Part shown: piece after piece, positions 48,444 through 52,626 of the stretch | How the letters are laid out: each line of letters begins with the position of its first letter | Numbering within the stretch: the stretch's first letter is position 1 | Assembly: GCA_029907705.1 (NCBI GenBank) | Contig: JARYLJ010000006.1 | Span: 10,271 to 62,896 of the forward strand | Source: Methanomicrobiales archaeon | GTDB taxonomy: Archaea > Halobacteriota > Methanomicrobia > Methanomicrobiales > JACTUA01 | Reading direction: 5' to 3' | DNA length: 52,626 nt | Made by a program: the position numbers and the translations under genes | The notes under the pieces: generated by a model | Seen by the model: the letters and a program-made list of their open reading frames with translations, nothing else | What the model was told of the DNA's origin: nothing | Database searches by the model: none

Positions 48444-51400
48444 TCACCCGAGCGTGAAATAAAATGTCGTGCCCCTGTCCACCCCGGACTCCGCCCATAT
48501 CGTTCCTCTATGCATCTCCAGAATCCTCTTCACAATCGCAAGTCCGATTCCCGTCCCCTCGTATTCCGTCCTTGGATGGAGCCTCTGGAACACCCCGAAG
48601 ACGACATCCGCATACCTCATATCAAAACCCACACCGTTGTCTCTCACATAGAAGACGTTACTGCCCTCTCTATCGAATGCACCGACCTCGATGACAGCAA
48701 CTTCACGTTTTTTTGTGAACTTGATCGCAATTGAGAGGAGATTCCGGAAGACCTGCCATAACAGGGTCCGGTCGGCGCTGCACAGTGGAAGGTCCTTCAG
48801 TATGAACTCAATCCTCCTTTCTTTTGTCTGCAACTCCAACTCATGATACACTTCCCTCGCCAGCGCGGTCGTATCGATCTGCTCCCGCTTCGGTTTTTGT
48901 AGGCCCATTCGTGAGAGATGCATCAGATCGTCGATCAGAGAGTTCATGCGGAGCACGTTATCATGTATCTTCTGTAAATACCAGATCACCTCTGCGGGGA
49001 GTTGACTCCCGAACTGATTCAGAAGAATCCCAGAGTATCCATCGATCGCACGCAGGGGTGCCTTCAGGTCGTGGGAGGCAGAGTATGAGAAGGACTCCAG
49101 ATCCCTGTTTGCCGTCTCCAGAAAGGCAGTTCTCTCGCGGACGCGTGCCTCCAGCTCCTCGTTCAGAAGACGCAGTCTCTCCTCCGCCTGTTTGATGAGC
49201 GTGATATCGATCACCACACCCCTCAATCCTGTCCTTTTGCCATCCCCCTCGATCGGCCTTGAATATACAAGGCCAGAAAAGATGTGTCCATCTTTCCTTC
49301 TGAATTGAAATTCGGTTCCAGATACGGGGGCACCATCCAGCGCCTGCCTGAACATCTCCTTCAATCGGTCCCTCTCTTCCGCAGGAACCGCATCCGTGAC
49401 CGAGAAGCCTGCCTGCAGGGCGCTTTCAGGGTAACCGAACATCCCGAACGCATATGCATTTGCGAAGGTGACCCGTCCTTCGTTATCAGTCTCGAACACA
49501 CCCTGCGGGAGCAGATTGACCAGATCCCTGAATCTCCTCTCCGAATCCAGCAGCTCGATCTCCCGCTTTCTGAGCTCTTCGATCGACTCCCTGAGCTTCG
49601 ATACCATCCGGTTGATGCCCTGCTCGAGGACTTCGAACTCGTTCCCCCTGATGACCTTTACCTTGTGATCGAGATCCCCGTCTGCAATCACAGTTACATC
49701 CCTTACAATCTCATGGGCCGGCCGGGAGAGGATCTTGGATATGAAGAAGGCCGTCACGAGACTGACGAGTATCGCGATCAGCGCGAATCCCCCATGAGAG
49801 ATAATCACGTCCCTCAAAGCAGAATTGACGAGTTGTGAATTGTAGCTGACCTCCACGATCCAGCTCATATCGGAGGCATATTTCGGATCGAGCACCTCCA
49901 CAAAGATATATCGTTTGATTGTTCCATTCTCACCTTCTATCTGGATATCCTCCCTGTGCGAGATAGAATCCCTGAGTATATCGAGTTCTGCTGCATCCGG
50001 TCTGTAGCTGAAGTTACCGACGAGATGATATGTCGTGTCAAATGACCTGATTCCCGTAATGTACGGGTTCAGGGAGGATATCGTCTCGATTGCATCCTGG
50101 AAGGTAACCTTTCCCTTCCTGTTCCTGTATATGTCGCCGGTGAGACCCAGTTCGAAGATATATTGATGATCCGGAGATGGCATATATGCAAATTTGCGGT
50201 ATCTGCCGGTCGACGTCTCCCTCACGACCCGGTCCGGATAGAAGCCATCCTTCTTAATTACCTCGGAGAAATAGTTCATCGTGTAGGGATAGATGGAAAA
50301 ATCCAGACCGAGATCCTGGGGAAATGTGGTATATTCGATGACGAAGGAGTGATTGATGATATTGAGGTCCATGGAAGCTCCCATCCTCTCCTTCAGACCC
50401 TGCAGATCCATCCCTGAGATATCTCTGCCGCTCTGTTCGTACTCCTCCATGAATATGGAGAAGCCCTCCAGCATCTGCTCATTGAGGGTATCGTCATAGA
50501 GCTTGTAGCCTTCATCCACCATCTGTAACGTCAGACCAAGGCTCTTTTCTGTCTGCGTCTGGAGGAGGGCGATATTTTCAGAGAAGGCATGCTCTGTAAT
50601 GACCAAATCGGCCACTGTGATCGCGCCTCCCGTGAGGATAACGAGGAAGAACATGCAGGCAAAGAGCTGTTTCGATAAACTGACTCCTTTGAAGATCCCC
50701 ATGTTATCTCGATTTACCAGGGGTTCTTTCGAACCGTTCGGGTGATCAGAACGTCCGGATGGGTCGTTTTCGATCTCCTTCACCATCCACAAGACCGGCT
50801 GTATGATCCCCCTCGAAAGATAGAGGGAGAGGAGTGCAGCAAGGAAGAGCACCCCACCGGATAGAAGGAGATGCGGAAGCATCGTCCCTGCAAGCCGTTC
50901 ACCGTGGAGTCGGGTATCGTATCTGATCTCCACGATCCTGCTCGTATCAGAACCATAGCGTTCGTCCTTCAGACCGACAAAGAGGTATCTGATCCTCGTC
51001 CCATTCGAATGATCGAAAAATTCACGGCTTTCCCTGCTCGCCAGGATGCCATCGAGTATCTCGTCCAATGAGGAATCCGGAACAAAACTTTTGTCCGTAT
51101 CGAGTTGCTTCCTGCTGGTGAATATACGGTACCCCGATACGTACGGGTTCAAGGAGGTGAGGAGATCGATCTTATCATGATAATGGAACTTCGATCGCTG
51201 CTGCTCGAGTTCCCTGTCTGCCATCCCCAGCTCCAGCAGATATCTGTGGTCGGGTGTGGGCATATAGGCATATTTGCGAAGCACACCCGTGGCCGGCTCT
51301 ATCACGATGCGGTTATCATCGAATTCACCACATTCGATCCGGACCGGGGGCTGGATTTCTCCAAAATTCCATATTTCTACAATTATATCAGCATTATCAG

Positions 51401-51599
51401 GCAGGGAGAGGGTTTCTACCCCGCCGGATTCGTTGATCATAAACAGATCCATCCTATCCGCCAGCTGATGCATGATTCTTCCGAGATCCATTGCTGCCGG
51501 GTTCCGGCCCGAATTTTCGTACTCCTGAAGGAAGAGAGAGAATGCACTCTCCAGCTCGCTGTTCAGAGTACTGTCGTAGAGCTTGAGACTTTCGTCCAC
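48444..51599 (-). CDS. Sensor histidine kinase with two tandem ~270-aa extracytoplasmic sensor modules, each followed by a transmembrane helix, then PAS, HisKA and HATPase_c domains
   Basis: H-box SASHDLKAPLRAI, plus N/G1/G2 boxes in NLLSIAIKFT, VRDNGVGFD and GTGIGLAIV. A PAS domain lies upstream of the H-box. The N-terminal half contains two homologous modules (VDESLKLYDSTLNSELESAF... and VDEGYKLYDDTLNEQMLEGF...). The GTG start at 51599 is as called by the track, but the gene appears to extend upstream (see the next feature). Confidence 0.8.
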   Translation of the reverse strand: MDESLKLYDSTLNSELESAFSLFLQEYENSGRNPAAMDLGRIMHQLADRMDLFMINESGGVETLSLPDNADIIVEIWNFGEIQPPVRIECGEFDDNRIVIEPATGVLRKYAYMPTPDHRYLLELGMADRELEQQRSKFHYHDKIDLLTSLNPYVSGYRIFTSRKQLDTDKSFVPDSSLDEILDGILASRESREFFDHSNGTRIRYLFVGLKDERYGSDTSRIVEIRYDTRLHGERLAGTMLPHLLLSGGVLFLAALLSLYLSRGIIQPVLWMVKEIENDPSGRSDHPNGSKEPLVNRDNMGIFKGVSLSKQLFACMFFLVILTGGAITVADLVITEHAFSENIALLQTQTEKSLGLTLQMVDEGYKLYDDTLNEQMLEGFSIFMEEYEQSGRDISGMDLQGLKERMGASMDLNIINHSFVIEYTTFPQDLGLDFSIYPYTMNYFSEVIKKDGFYPDRVVRETSTGRYRKFAYMPSPDHQYIFELGLTGDIYRNRKGKVTFQDAIETISSLNPYITGIRSFDTTYHLVGNFSYRPDAAELDILRDSISHREDIQIEGENGTIKRYIFVEVLDPKYASDMSWIVEVSYNSQLVNSALRDVIISHGGFALIAILVSLVTAFFISKILSRPAHEIVRDVTVIADGDLDHKVKVIRGNEFEVLEQGINRMVSKLRESIEELRKREIELLDSERRFRDLVNLLPQGVFETDNEGRVTFANAYAFGMFGYPESALQAGFSVTDAVPAEERDRLKEMFRQALDGAPVSGTEFQFRRKDGHIFSGLVYSRPIEGDGKRTGLRGVVIDITLIKQAEERLRLLNEELEARVRERTAFLETANRDLESFSYSASHDLKAPLRAIDGYSGILLNQFGSQLPAEVIWYLQKIHDNVLRMNSLIDDLMHLSRMGLQKPKREQIDTTALAREVYHELELQTKERRIEFILKDLPLCSADRTLLWQVFRNLLSIAIKFTKKREVAVIEVGAFDREGSNVFYVRDNGVGFDMRYADVVFGVFQRLHPRTEYEGTGIGLAIVKRILEMHRGTIWAESGVDRGTTFYFTLG

Positions 51600-51799
51600 G
51601 ATCTCGATATTTTTATATATAGAATTCTCAGTCTGATTTCTGAGCAGGAGCTCGTATTGCTGGAGGTCATGATCTGCCCTCGAATACTCGAGCAGAGTCT
51701 ATCCACCCGTGACGAGCAGAGAGATCGAAAAAAATGAAACGAATATTTAAGCAGAAAAAGAATGGGATTCGGTCTTCTTTTTTCCGATTCAGATCTCAT
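51600..51799 (-). other. Disrupted 5' extension of the sensor kinase gene. It has a putative original ATG at 51799, a frameshift at an A7/T7 homopolymer (about 51741-51747) and an in-frame TAG at 51699-51701.
   Basis: Frame a reads MRSESEKRRPNPILFLLKYSFHFF. Frame c reads ..FVSFFSISLLVTGG*TLLEYSRADHDLQQYELLLRNQTEN.., which aligns residue for residue with the second module's transmembrane helix and linker, FFLVILTGGAITVADLVITEHAFSENIALLQTQTEKS. The TAG aligns with an Ala. Confidence 0.45.
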
Positions 51800-52034
51800 G
51801 ATTCAGGACCGGCCGGGGTAATAACCTGATGTATCATCAATGACGTGGTTAAAAAGCTGATCATATATCGGTCTCCCCCAGAAGATAACGCTGGTGGTAT
51901 GATTCGCATCCCAATTTCCTGAAAGACTAAGGCAATCACAAACACACGCGTGCTGGATGAGGGGCCATGCGATCGAAGGCCGCATTCGCTTCCATATACC
52001 CTTACCAAAGGCCCCATGATATCCATGCCGAAGG

Positions 52035-52505
52035 TCAGGGACTTCTCTTATCCTTATCCTCCTCATCCGGTGGCGTAATATTGAGCGAACTCCAGTAAAA
52101 TCCCAGATCCCTGATCACCGTGGAGAAGTCGTTGAAGTTCACGGGTTTCGTGACAAAGCTGTTCACTCCAAGTTGATAGCATTCGACCACGTCCCGTTCA
52201 TGACTGGAGGAGGTGAGTACCACGATGGGGATATGCTTCGTGCGCGGCTCGGCCTTCAGACGCCTGAGCACCTCCAATCCGCTCACTTTGGGAAGTTTCA
52301 GGTCAAGCAAAATCACATCCGGCTTCGGTGGGCCTTTATCACCGCTCTTCTCCCCCTCCCCGAAGAGGTAATCGAGCGCCTGCTCCCCATCCCAGACCAC
52401 ATCCACCAGATCTCCAAGTTTGCACCAGCGGAAGACATGGAGTATCAGCTCCACATCGTTCGGATCATCCTCCACAAGCAGTATTCTCTTGTTCGACTTT
52501 TTCAT
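52035..52505 (-). CDS. Single-domain CheY-like response regulator, upstream of and co-directional with the sensor kinase
   Basis: Canonical receiver residues (LLVEDD, ILLDLKLP, VVLTSS, FVTKP). An AAGGTG Shine-Dalgarno-like sequence sits 7 nt upstream of the ATG at 52505. The track begins at the TTG at 52514. Confidence 0.85.
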   Translation of the reverse strand: MKKSNKRILLVEDDPNDVELILHVFRWCKLGDLVDVVWDGEQALDYLFGEGEKSGDKGPPKPDVILLDLKLPKVSGLEVLRRLKAEPRTKHIPIVVLTSSSHERDVVECYQLGVNSFVTKPVNFNDFSTVIRDLGFYWSSLNITPPDEEDKDKRSP

Positions 52506-52626
52506 AGCGATCAATCACACCTTGGATAGAATGTTCAAATAATTAACGACTAGTTTTTCACCCTTGATGCAATCCTCAAATCCTTTTTCTGGATCCCTGT
52601 TCTCAGCCGATGTGAATGATCCCTTT

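Noticed and set aside
51699-51701. The in-frame TAG in the sensor kinase 5' region as a pyrrolysine codon
   Set aside because: It aligns with an Ala in the duplicated module, the gene is not a methylamine methyltransferase, no Pyl genes are visible in the window, and a frameshift lies nearby. A nonsense mutation or error is more parsimonious.
1-52626. CRISPR arrays, rRNA, IS elements or transposases, integrases, and prophage or defence islands
   Set aside because: I found no regularly spaced direct repeats, no rRNA-like conserved blocks, and no transposase, integrase or restriction-modification-like ORFs in any frame.

Overview
The window is high-GC (about 60%) chromosomal DNA, most likely from a methanogenic euryarchaeon. 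The evidence for that is an Alba chromatin protein, an archaeal-type Clp1 kinase, a small protein with the SAMP/MoaD fold, a possible methanogenesis-marker-8-like protein, 6-phospho-3-hexuloisomerase, and AT-rich TATA-like promoters with T-tract terminators. About 50 genes are dense on both strands. They include a 5'-truncated multi-PAS sensor, a Clp1-family P-loop kinase, DinB, cyclophilin, flavodoxin, a ROK kinase and malic enzyme. Two divergent giant cell-surface proteins follow, one with a 17-residue poly-Gly linker, and then a 7-gene MoxR/DUF58/DUF4350/DUF4129 membrane operon. Further along are a frameshifted ABC-2 exporter, an HxlR regulator and cupin pair, NadA, a SemiSWEET transporter, an HNH-like zinc-ribbon protein and thiol-disulfide proteins. 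A lysine/threonine biosynthesis cluster (asd, ferredoxin, dapB, dapA) comes next, then SPFH, an MbfA-like iron transporter, PHI, aspartate aminotransferase, an M42 peptidase and a response-regulator plus sensor-kinase pair. I found no CRISPR array, rRNA, tRNA or obvious mobile element. I did not recognise a clearly new system. The most unusual items are: (i) two paralogous multi-PAS proteins that end in an H-box-only (kinase-domain-less) module, one fused to a receiver whose phospho-acceptor Asp is replaced by Glu; (ii) a sensor kinase with an internally duplicated extracytoplasmic module whose 5' end is broken by a homopolymer frameshift and an in-frame TAG; (iii) the MoxR-associated membrane operon; (iv) a poly-Gly-encoding repeat in a surface protein; (v) several unexpectedly long noncoding gaps. 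Start codons were chosen by eye, because the ORF track appears to call GTG/TTG as M, and should be treated as approximate.
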